A stretch of 32,598 nucleotides of DNA from Saprolegnia diclina VS20 (lineage: Eukaryota), in assembly GCF_000281045.1 (NCBI RefSeq), contig NW_008246083.1:43708-76305 (forward strand), written 5' to 3'. A program made the position numbers and the translations under genes. Position 1 is the stretch's first letter. The number at the start of each line of letters is the position of its first letter. A model generated the notes under the pieces. The model had not been told where the DNA came from and ran no database searches. It worked only from the letters and a program-made list of their open reading frames with translations. Of this stretch, positions 1 to 10,375 are shown piece by piece.

Positions 1-225
1 GTATATACGCCTTGGTTTCTGAAGCACTCACGTCGGCGCGTAGCGCACGGCGGCCGTATGTAGGCTGCCTGTCTTCTAGCGCATCGACCAGTGGGTGCAA
101 AGTCAAAGCATGCATGATCATTTTTGGCAGGGTTTTGGAGAGATATGCAGCTGACACACGCGGGCGTCATTGGGTTGATGGGACGGGCTGGGATACGCGC
201 GCGACGCGGCCGCGTCACCGGCGCA

Positions 226-2023
226 TCATGCATGGTCGTCGTCCGTGGCGATCGACCGGAGCCAGTCGTCCGGACCCAACGAAATGACTTTGGAGAGCTG
301 CTGAACGTGGTCGTACGTGGGCTTGTGCACCATGACGTCGCGCGCGCTCTCGAGCAAGTCGGGCGCGTTCCAGAGCAAAATGCCCACAATCTTGTTGGCG
401 CGGAGGTAGTAGACAAGGCCGCGCTGGTAGCTCTCGTCGGCGCCAAACTTTTTGGGTGGCGACAGCCACACGCCGAGCGTCTGGAGGCGGCTGTCGATGT
501 CGCCAATGCCCTCGATCGTCACGTGGATCCCGGGCATGTGGCTGCGAAACATGGGCTGGTGCCGGTACATTTTCTTGGTCGCATTCACCTAATGCCGGTG
601 CTTAAGCCCACGAATTTCAACATCACGACGACAATATTTACCATGTTTTGGCCGGCAACGAGCCCGCTGTTGACCGCGTGGTCGTACCGGTCGACGCGGC
701 GTCGACCAACAAACGAGTCGTAGTAGCTCGCGACGCTCCCTGCAACAAAGAGGTCCCGTACCGCCTCCAGCTGCGCGTTCACGACGATGCCTACAACAGT
801 GTACTTTCCAGTGGCGCAAAAACACTGGATCCGAACCGCCGTGCAGCGCATCGATCTCGAGGCCGTCAAACTGCCCACACTCGACGTCCGGTTCAATTTG
901 AGTCGATGCGAGCACAGCATAGTCGGTGACGACGTCGGCGGTCGCGGCCCCCATGCACGAGAGATGCACGCCGCCTGTCGCAATGTCGGGCTTGATACTT
1001 GTCACCAGCGTATGCGTGTGCACGTCGACGTGCGCATATGCCTGCAGCCGCCGCGTAATTTCCGCACTGAGATACGCAGGGACGTGGCGCGCGCACGGGC
1101 CTTGGCCGTCGACAAACATTTGTTGTACCTACGCGCCCGGTACATCTACCGGCATCCCATCGACGCTGAGTACCTGCAAGTGGCTGTTGCGGGGGTCTGT
1201 CGCGAGCGCCACCGCCACCTCGGTGCCCAGGAAGCCGCCGCCGACCACGGTCACGGACGTAATCGCCCGGCGTGTCGAGAGACGGTCGAGTGCGCCAAAG
1301 TCGGAGAGCGTCGTCACGGTGTTGACCTTGTCGCGAAGCGCATACGAAATCTTGGAGCTATCGAGCACGTACAAGGGCCGTGGTCTGCCCGCCGTCGCAA
1401 TGAGGCACTTGTCGTACGAGATCTACAGGAGAAGAGATGTCCATCGTTGTATTCCAGTGCGAAAGCAGGGTTCGAAGCGGGTACGACCTGCGCATTGTCG
1501 GGCAGCGTGATGCGCTTTTGCTCGACGTCGACGTGCAAATTCTGCATGCCGAGCACGAGCGAGACGGACGGCGTTGCGTGCTCATCGTCAAGACGCGGTG
1601 TGATATACCGGCGCCACTCGTTGTACGACTCCATGAGCGCGTCCGAGAGCGGGGCGTCGCTTGTCGGCCCGTCCTGCGTCGCATCGAGCCGCGGCAAATG
1701 CGTCTCTTCGCTGATCATGAGAATGTCGGCAAGTGGGCTCTGCTGCAAAATAGCCTCGATGGCAGCGTGGGCTGCGGTGCACGCGCCCAGAATCACGTAC
1801 GGGTAATGCCGTGGCACAGCGCCCTCCGTGGCTTCGGCCGCTTCTAGTGCAAGATTGTGCGAACTACAGTGCATCGACGGTCATACGTACCAGCTTGCTC
1901 GATGACGATGGATGGTGGGCGCTCGTCGTTGCGGCTCCGACCGCCCTGCAGGCAGAGACCAGAGGCGAGGCCCGCCCCCAGCGCGACGGCCGCGCGGCGA
2001 CCCACGAACGCTCCTCGCAACAT
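226..2023 (-). CDS. Apoptosis-inducing factor (AIFM1)-like pyridine nucleotide-disulfide oxidoreductase-fold protein, divergent; 6 exons (2023-1891, 1843-1488, 1422-1174, 1128-837, 790-642, 588-226)
   Basis: Five GT-AG introns join the ORF pieces in frame. AIF-type motifs: PYVILGACTAAHAA, ISYDKCLIATAGRP, VVGGGFLGTEVAVAL, GGIVVNAQLE, VAGSVASYYD, GRRRVDRYDHAVNSGLVAGQNM, YRHQPMF, RGLVYYLRANKIVGILLWN. The Arg/Ala-rich N-terminus MLRGAFVGRRAAVALGAG resembles a mitochondrial presequence. Confidence 0.9.
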
Positions 2024-2490
2024 TTTTATTTCGTCGATTGGCTCGTATCCGGACGACAGGCCGGATACCCAAAAGATCGCCGCCTCTTGTGAATTGTACC
2101 ATGACGTGGCACAACAGGAGAAGGCCGTTTCGAGACTGCGCCACTTTGCGCTGTTGTTTCTCAGCATCTAGTTGGACTCTAAGATTTGTTGCAGAAGCGT
2201 GACGGTGTGTGCCGGTGGCGATGATAGCAATGAGAACCCAAGCTTATTGCTCGGACTCGATACTACGAGTAGTACACAGGAGAGGGTCGCGTCGTCCAAT
2301 GTGTCGTCGAAGGACGTGAAATTGTTTCTGCAAATATATACTACTTTTAGGATAGAGAGTGTATAAAGCGTTGCAGTGAAGGATCTCCCGCGAGATGGCT
2401 ACGTTAACTGCGAAAATACGTGTTTTGTTTGGCGCTATGCGACAGATGTTGAGACTTGACGTTCAGTTTTCACTCGGGTAGCAAACACCA

Positions 2491-3403
2491 TCATTCGCAC
2501 TCGACGTAGGTATCCTCCGAGAGCTGAGAGAGGTACGTGGCGCGGTCCGTGTACGTGGAATAGATGGCAACCGACGCACTTAGCGTACAAGCCGCCAAGA
2601 GGGCTACTAGGAAGGTCGAGGTTGCACTTTGGCAGGTCACGCTGACGCTGGTCGCATTCGCCGCAAGCATCTTCTGCACGAGGTTTGCTTGCGACGGCGC
2701 CGTCACAATAAGCCGCTCGACAATCACCGGAAGTGATTTCGCGCTGCAGTACGATTGGCTCCACGAGTTGAGTGTCATACCATCTAGCGCCATCAGAAGC
2801 TCCGTTGCCAAGATCAGTAGATCGTCGTACCTGCGACCGTAACGACAGCAAACGCGACGGCAAAGACGGTCCAGGCCAGCATCGCCGACACCGTTGACAG
2901 CCCGAGGATGATGTACGTTGTAAAGACGCCGAGAAACGTCAACACAAAGTGAGCAATCGTGAGCCCGTCGGGCCATCCACCTTGAATCGTCAAGCCAATC
3001 GTTGAGCCATTGCTGTCGGGTTGCACGGAAATGTCCATATTGGGGGCGCCTCGACGGCGGTCAAAGCCGGTGTCCAAGCAGATCGGCGCGTCTACGTAAC
3101 TTAGCAACCTTTTTCTCTATCGAAGCTACACCATACCAGAGACGATTGCGCCACCGGATGAGCGCTGGGTCGAGCTACGACGTTGTAAGGTTGGCCGACG
3201 CTCCGAGACCAAAGATACACGTACTGCATGCACGCGGCACCCGAAAATATCTGGGTGCCTCCGACGATGAGCGCAACGAGCGCTGCCGCCACGAATGTGA
3301 CCTTGACGGGCGTGAGCCGCGAGTAGCGTTCGTAGACGCCAATGTCCCATTGGTTGCTCCAGGCGTGCGGCGTCGCCACTTCGCACCCGAGCCGTCCCAT
3401 CAT
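2491..3403 (-). CDS. Uncharacterised four-transmembrane protein; 4 exons
   Basis: ORF pieces 3403-3101, 3107-2814 and 2976-2491 join through three GT-AG introns (donors GTACGT, GTATGG, GTACGA) into one frame. Four hydrophobic helices: VTFVAAALVALIVGGTQIFSGAAC, LTIAHFVLTFLGVFTTYIILGL, AMLAWTVFAVAFAVVTVA, FLVALLAACTLSASVAIY. Confidence 0.7.
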
Positions 3404-3560
3404 TTACAAAAGCAAGGGCGACGTTTCAGAGACGTTTCCGACGCCTTTCTGCAGTCAAAGATCTACGCGACTCACCACGTACGAGGCAGCTGCAGGTCCG
3501 CTTGATTCACTGCCACCACCGACGTCTCCCCCGAAGACCTCATTTTAGTTGATTAAGTGC

Positions 3561-3587
3561 CTGTATATACAGTACTAGTACTAGTAC
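3561..3587. promoter_or_regulatory. Abutting perfect palindromes CTGTATATACAG (3561-3572) and GTACTAGTACTAGTAC (3572-3587) in a divergent intergenic region
   Basis: Both palindromes read directly from the sequence. They lie between the starts at 3403 (-) and 3860 (+). A regulatory role is inferred only. Confidence 0.35.
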
Positions 3588-3859
3588 GTGTTTACACTCC
3601 CGCAACCGAGCACTCGTGGGCGTATCCATCTTGGGGCGCTAAGTGGTAATAGCTTTGTCACGGAAGCGAGATACCTCTGTCATGGAAGCGAGGCAGTTTG
3701 AGCGTACACCCAAGACGCGCAATAGGGGAAATTTGTGATGCCACTGACTGCTCTGGGTTCTCGCCAGGTGCGCACCAAAGCATCCAGCGATGAATGCCCC
3801 GGGATTGCCGCCTACACGATGCATGTTCCAGCGACCAACGCAACTGCCATTTGAAACGG

Positions 3860-6800
3860 ATGAGCACGCGACCAAAGCGGAGCTCGACGCCCGCGGCGCT
3901 GATCAAATCGCACGACATTTCGACCAAGCAGCTCATGGACGACGCGCTCGTAGACCACGATGTGAGCGAAGACGGCGCCGACTCGGACGACACGGACGCC
4001 AAGAAGCAGCGCAAGGACGCCCAGCGCATGTACCGCATCAACTCGTACTCGTCGCTCAACAAGCTCAACAAAAAACCCGCGACGCCGGCGACACCGGCCG
4101 ACGGCACACGCAAGCCAGCGGTGGTTGCCGCCGACGGGCCGTGTAAAAAGTGCCTTGCGAGCAAGGACATGCCGTCGATGCACTACGCGGCGTACGCCGG
4201 GCACCTCAGCTGCCTTCAGACGCTCCTCGCCACGGGGATCCCGCCGCCCATGGACAAGCACAAGCGGACACCACTCTTCTATGCGTGCGCTGCCAACCAA
4301 GCAAGCTGCTGCGCCGAGCTATTGGCCCAGCGCCCCGAGTGGATCGATGTCCCAGACGCGCAGCTCGACTCGCCCGTGCACGTGTGCTGCTTCTTTGGCT
4401 GGGACGCCTGCCTCGAGCAGCTCTTGGATGCTGGTGCCAACCCGCACGTGCGCAACGCCAAGGGCTTTCGCCCGTCGCACATCACAAAGACGCCGGCCTG
4501 CCTCTCGATTCTCGTCGGCCATGGGGACGATTTGCTCCAAGGTGACAAGCTCGGTCGAACCCCCCTTTTTGTCGCCTGCACACGCGACCGCGTCGACTGT
4601 GTTGAGTTTCTTTGCTCGTGGGATTACCAAGTGCATTCGTGGATGCTCGAGCAGGAAGACGACCGCAGCGACAGACCACTGCACGCCGCCGCCTGCAACG
4701 GCAGCCTCGGAAGTCTCCAGGTGCAGCATCGCTAACCTTGTGCGATGTGTCAACAAAAGAAATGAATGCAGGTGCTCCTGAAATATGGCGCCGACGTGTA
4801 CGCGAAAAACGTCAAGGGACTCACGGCACTCGACTTGGCCGTCACCAACCAGCACGAAGTACTACTTCCCTTTTTCGTTTGGACAATTCGACAATCGGTA
4901 TCTTGCAATTGTAGGACTGCGCGGCACTTTTGCGCCAAAACATCAAGGACACGGTACACATCGTCTATATAGGTCTGATTCTCTGGACGGTGGCATGAAG
5001 GAGAATGCCGCGACTTGGTTTGCGCCGTCACAGTCGCGCCACAACGTCGGGCCCGCGCCGACGACCGAGTGGAGCGAGTGCATGGACACGGACAGCGGCC
5101 ACCTTTTCTACTACAACAACAGCACGGGCAAGTGCCAGTGGGAGCTTCCAGCGGGCTTTGTGGGGCGGCAGTCTGCTGTGACGACACCGGCGCACTTGGC
5201 GCCACTGCCAGAAGCATCGGCAGCGACCGACCCGATGCCTGCCGTCGACGACGCGACGAGTGCGACGGCCACCAACCAGGCGACCGGAGGCGTACTCGAC
5301 GCTATTGTTGCATGTGTAATTTGATCATCTTTTGCACACTTGTAGGAGGAAGACGGTGGGGACTATGTGTGGGTCAAGAAGAAGAAGACACTCATCACCG
5401 TCGTCGCAAGCTCGCAGTCCGAGTGGTGCGTCGTCCAAGACCCGGGCTCCAAAGCCATCTACTACCGCAACACAAAGACGGGCGAGTCGCAATGGGAGGA
5501 GCCCGAAGCGATCCAAAAGCTGCAGCACGATGTGCACGCGCACACTTCGCAGCACGCCGCCGAGCTCTGGAACGACCTCAACAAAGCCCGCGATACCTTG
5601 GCCGCCGTACGGCACACGATATACTCGATGGTGCTCTCACATGGCGTGCAGAAGCTGGAGGAAGAACGGACGCGGCAAGCGGCATTGACGCAGACATCCA
5701 TCGAGGTGTTTCAAGCCTCGATCCAGCAACGGCGTGAGGAGATGAAGCAAAAGGAACTCAAGACGCTCCTTCCGAAATCGTCGTTTGTCAAGGCCAAGCG
5801 CAAGCCTCCGTCGCTCAAAGGTGCCATCTTCATTTATTTGACAATTTACGTGCATTTTTCATGTCAATTTATCGCATTAGGACTCAAAATGAGTATGCAC
5901 ACAATCCAAGACGTCCCCAACGAAGACGGTCCGGAAGACGTCGTGTCCAAAACCATTGACGACGACCCAATCCTGACGCTCTTTGTCGGGTCCTTTGTCC
6001 GGCCCGACTGCCACCTCTCGACGAGCAGCAACACCACCAACACCATGGCGCAGCTGCACAAGCGGTCGGCCCGCAGCATGCAGCTCGAAATGACGGGCGT
6101 CCAGCGCATTTACAACTGCGTATTCTACTACTACCTCTCGCTCGCGGACCCGCTTGCGGCCGTCGGCATGACGTACGTCTTTGTGTCAACTTGATAATTT
6201 CGAGTTTGCACTTTTTAGAAAAGCTCAGTTTCGGACGTTTCTCAAGGACGCGTTGCTGTTACCCAACGCCGCAACGAAAGGGCCGCCACCGCCGCTCAAG
6301 TTGCACACGTCCGACATGATTTACACGCAGAGCATCATGGACGACCCGTCCCTCGCTGGTCGTGGTTGCCGTTTGTTATGGTGTCCTACCTTTGTCTTGA
6401 GTAGAAGCCCCCTCCAAGAAAGATGCTCTGCTCACGCTTCCAGCGTTCCAGGCCGCCATGATGAACGTCGCCGACCGCGTCGTGGCCCAGCTTGACGAGA
6501 AGGTCGAGGCGACGATCGACGATGCCGGCGAGTGGCTGTGCCTCGAGTACATTCTCCCGCTCGTGCGGCGGCTTGCGGGCAAAATGGCCGAAACCGTCAA
6601 ACGGTATTATCGACATGACAATGATAAATTGAATTATCGCGCAGGTTTACGGACATTGAGGCGCAAATGACCAGTGCCCAAGGCCTCTTGGCGGCCAATC
6701 GGTCTCTTTTCCAGGCCTTGCACAAATTCTACAGCAGCGACTCGCGCTTCAAGCTCATGACGTTTGCAACGTTGGTGGCCTTTACGACCGACTTTGACTT

Positions 6801-7117
6801 GACGCCGACGCTGTGCTCGGTGCCAAGCCTCTTTCACGTGTGCGAGGCCATCAACTGGATGTCGGGCAACGCGTACACGGTCGTGCTGTCGTACGACAAG
6901 TTTGTACAAATCTGCCGGACGCTCGCGGTATACCTCGACTTGCTACGAGACCATGTCGACGTGAGCGTACTAGGTCGAGTACATCAAGGACGGCGACGAC
7001 GCCACGAGCAAACTCGTTGGGTTCCTCACGCACCTCAACGCGCACCGCCACAACCGCGCGACCACGCTTTTGACGGCGCCGCTCGTGTTACCTTCATCGT
7101 TTGTCGTCGACAGCTGA
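3860..7117 (+). CDS. Ankyrin-repeat + two WW domains + coiled coil + C-terminal EF-hand/p25-like helical protein; about 10 exons
   Basis: Ankyrin motifs: SMHYAAYAGHLSCLQTLL, TPLFYACAANQASCCAELL, SPVHVCCFFGWDACLEQLLDAGAN, TPLFVACTRD, RPLHAAACNGS, GLTALDLA. WW domains: EWSECMDTDSGHLFYYNNSTGKCQWELP and EWCVVQDPGSKAIYYRNTKTGESQWEEP. Introns include 4721-4771, 4859-4914 and 4954-5000. Last exon 6974-7117 ends FVVDS-stop. Confidence 0.85.
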
Positions 7118-7637
7118 CATAGAGTCGACATGTGTTTGGGTACTCAACACGGAACGTTCGTTGCGGCTTCGGTCAGAGTGGGAGCGTGACGATGGCGCCA
7201 CATCCTCGGCCCGTCTGGTCCGTGGCTCGTCATTTCCGTTGCAGCTGATGATCTGTTGCCTGCGTGCACACGACGCAGGGTTCCTGGCTTGGTTTTCTCG
7301 CTGCAGCTTCTCGCTGCATGTCTTTTGCCAGCGATAACCGACTCGAAGCAGCGTCTCCATCGCAATTCCCGGGTTGACGCTCGTGTTAGGCGGGCGCACC
7401 ATCCAGCTCCTTTGCTCGTGATGGCGCGAGCCTGCACCACCGTTCAACCACTTTTCCACTTTGGGTCATTTGGCTTTGGGCTACGATGTCCTGTCCAAGT
7501 CCAAACCTATCCTACGCCTCCATCGCGTACAGCACCGCACAAGTGTACTGTTGTTGGTTGATTGGGCTCAAGACAAGAGGTACTGTGGTGGATAGATAGG
7601 GATTGATTGTACATTACGACACATGCAGGATAATAAT

Positions 7638-8672
7638 TTAGATTTGAGACCATTGCGGCGCGAGCTCTTCGGTTTGGTCGGCCATCGACCGGAGGTGGTT
7701 GCAGTGCACGTGGCAGAGGCCGCCGCCGACTTCGTCTTGAAGACCCATGCGGTTACAGCCGCGCACCAAGCACACAATGTCCTTGCGGTGGATCCCGCAG
7801 TAGCCGCCACCACGGTCCGTGCGCTGGCAGTCGTCGGTCTTGCAGTGGCGCGACCCGCCGTGCTTGGCGCAAAAGAGGCCGCGCTGCGCACCGTTGTTGC
7901 AGTTTTCGTATGTGCAGCGGCGACCGCCCCCGTGCTTTCGGCAGAGGCCGTTGCCTTGCGAGCTCTTGCCGCAGCCGTCGAAGGTGCAGCGCGCGCCACC
8001 GCCATGTGCCTTGCAGAGTCCGTGCGACTGCGCCGACTTGTTGCACGTCGGGATGTTGCAGCGCTTGCCACCGCCGTGGGCGATACAGAGGTTCTTGCCT
8101 TGGCTGCCCTTGGTGCAGCCAATGACGCGGCAGCGGCGAACGCCGCCGTGCGTCTTGCAAAAGCCGCGGTACGTGATCGACGCATTGCAGTCTTCGCGGA
8201 GGCACTTGCCGGGTACTTCGTTGTGTGCGGCGGGCACGTTGCTCGTTGTCGACGTCGGTGTCGTCGTCTTGGGCGCGGTCGTGGCCGGCGGCGGCGTCGC
8301 GTAGCCCGGCAAGACGAGCGCCATCTCGATGGCTTCCGACTTGACGTTGGCAAAGTTGTTGTTGTTATCGTAAAAGCCGTACGAGGTCGTGTTCGTGGCA
8401 GCGTCAAGATCGACAAACTGGTTGTGGTAGATGATCTCGGGCGCGGGCTGGTGGTACGGGATCGGGTCAAAGCAGAGCATCGAGTCGACAAAGTCGATGG
8501 CGTTCGTCTGCACTTCGTAGGACAAGCTGTCGAACGCAAAGGCGTCCTTCTGCATATAGACAGCGTGCATGTTGCTGTTGTTGTCGTTCTGGAGCAAGTC
8601 CCACATGGGCTCTTGCTTCATGCTGCTGTACTGGCCGGGGAAATTATGCGCGTCGTGAAAGTAAGCGTCCAT
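7638..8672 (-). CDS. WRKY19-like C-x4-C-x9-C-x2-H(GGG) zinc-finger repeat protein, putative transcription factor; intronless; alternative start at 8726
   Basis: Seven tandem units, e.g. CRVIGCTKGSQGKNLCIAHGGG, CNIPTCNKSAQSHGLCKAHGGG, CTFDGCGKSSQGNGLCRKHGGG. They follow an acidic/Asn-rich N-terminus and a Thr/Pro linker. This family is expanded in oomycetes. Confidence 0.88.
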   Translation of the reverse strand: MDAYFHDAHNFPGQYSSMKQEPMWDLLQNDNNSNMHAVYMQKDAFAFDSLSYEVQTNAIDFVDSMLCFDPIPYHQPAPEIIYHNQFVDLDAATNTTSYGFYDNNNNFANVKSEAIEMALVLPGYATPPPATTAPKTTTPTSTTSNVPAAHNEVPGKCLREDCNASITYRGFCKTHGGVRRCRVIGCTKGSQGKNLCIAHGGGKRCNIPTCNKSAQSHGLCKAHGGGARCTFDGCGKSSQGNGLCRKHGGGRRCTYENCNNGAQRGLFCAKHGGSRHCKTDDCQRTDRGGGYCGIHRKDIVCLVRGCNRMGLQDEVGGGLCHVHCNHLRSMADQTEELAPQWSQI

Positions 8673-10375
8673 GGTCAGCAAATGCGCAAATGAACTGCCG
8701 CTTGTGCCAATATGGGGCTCTTGCATTCCAGCTTGGTGTTTGTATGTGATAGAAAACCCGAGTGCTAAGAGATTGGTTGTGAGTGGCACGAGTTATTTCG
8801 AGGTCACTTTGCCATAGCGCAAGATCCAGTAGAGCGTGAGTAATCCCAGCCGGTTCAATATCTCATCGCAGTTACTTTTGGCCCATGCACCATGTAATTG
8901 GGTGGGATAGAGTCATAAAGCCTTGCGACCTGTATGGCTTTCATTATTCGAGATCGTACGACGACGACGATAATGGCGCCTTGCTTGCGGTCGACACTCG
9001 ACATGGATGGACCTCGATGCGATCAGCAGCAGCATTGAGGTTGGGTGATACTAGCATGTACCGTATTACTAAAATGCAAAGCACGCACCCAGATGAGCAG
9101 GCCCGCATCATCATGCACGCCGACGAGCAGCACGGTCGTGCATACAAACCGCTTCTCGAAGCGGTTTGCGTCATGCCCTCCATTAATCTTGGACCAGGCA
9201 CGGGCGCACGGGGAGCTATATAAGATCTTATACTATGAGCGCGTACTGTACGACAGGCGTGGAGTGCGCCGCACGTGGCCGAATCAGTACGCGACGGTAC
9301 GCGGCGTATCGGCGTTGGACAGCATCGTCAACCGTCAACTGCAAGAGGAGGAGTGGACACCCAAGCACAGAAAACATCGTCTTCCTGCTGTGGACAACGG
9401 TATCGACAACACCCAAGACGCAATACGATCTGAGTCCTCGACGATCGGACGTCGTCGCCTCGCAGCAACTGAGAACACGGGTGCGCTACAGAATACTCGT
9501 AGGACGAAGCACCCACACCTTCGTTTCGATTGAGCGGCTCCTAGAAGCCGCACATCTTGCCACGACACTGGCGGCGTCGACGAGGTCCTTTTCGCGTAGA
9601 AAGAGCCACATACACACTTGCCTGCTGCTTGAAGCGGCTGCCACGTGGCCAGTAGCAGATGGCACCTCGTTTATTCACATTTCCAGGTCAAGCCCACTTT
9701 GCACCTGCCACGAACGGTCGGCGCCAAAGATACGCGGCCACCGCCCCGTGCATGGACCCAACAGAGGACAAAGGACCATTTGGGGCACGAGGGTGCACAA
9801 CAGGACAACGCACGTGTCTCTGTGCTCCTTTGCTTGTTGTATGTTCTTGGCGCGAGGACTTGATGGCGACGCGACAGTCCTACCTCCTGGCCTTTGTGGA
9901 CGCAGACAAAGATGCGGTGAGATGAGGTTGCTGTTGTCGCGGTGCACCTCTTTGCAACGTGTAACGGGTTGCCACGCCGCCGCATCCGACGGGCGCCTTT
10001 TGCAGCGGACGGTCATGGCCGGCCGTCGGCAACGTGCATGCCACTCTACTCCCAGTACACCGCGATGTGGCTGCCATACACCTGTACAATTGCTGAATGC
10101 TCGACGATCCGGTCCGACAGCCCACGATGAGATGTTGATTAGCCGTCGTCCGCCCGTTGCTTATTGATCAACCGGTGCTCCGTCATCCAAAAGCGATGCG
10201 AGTACTCAATGTACCGTAGTAGCACTCGTACGTTGTCGACAACAACGAGAACGGTGACCCACCACGGGCTTTCGGCCACGGGACGGGCCAAGTGGACCTG
10301 TAGGGATGAAGCAGATTACGATGATGCAAGAAGCGTCGAGTGACACATTATTGGCTCGGCTATGCAGGCGAGTTA

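Noticed and set aside
1..115. Possible 5' end of a - strand gene (MHALTLHPLVDALEDRQPTY...) leaving the window
   Set aside because: Only 38 codons are visible and there is no motif, so it cannot be supported.
787..1806. 339-aa + strand ORF antisense to the AIF-like gene
   Set aside because: Shadow ORF produced by GC-rich codon bias. No recognisable motifs, and the - strand has a full spliced model.
7568..8693. Long alternative ORFs (7623-8693 + and 7568-8539 -) over the zinc-finger gene
   Set aside because: Ala/Arg-rich antisense and off-frame shadows of a repetitive GC-rich CDS.
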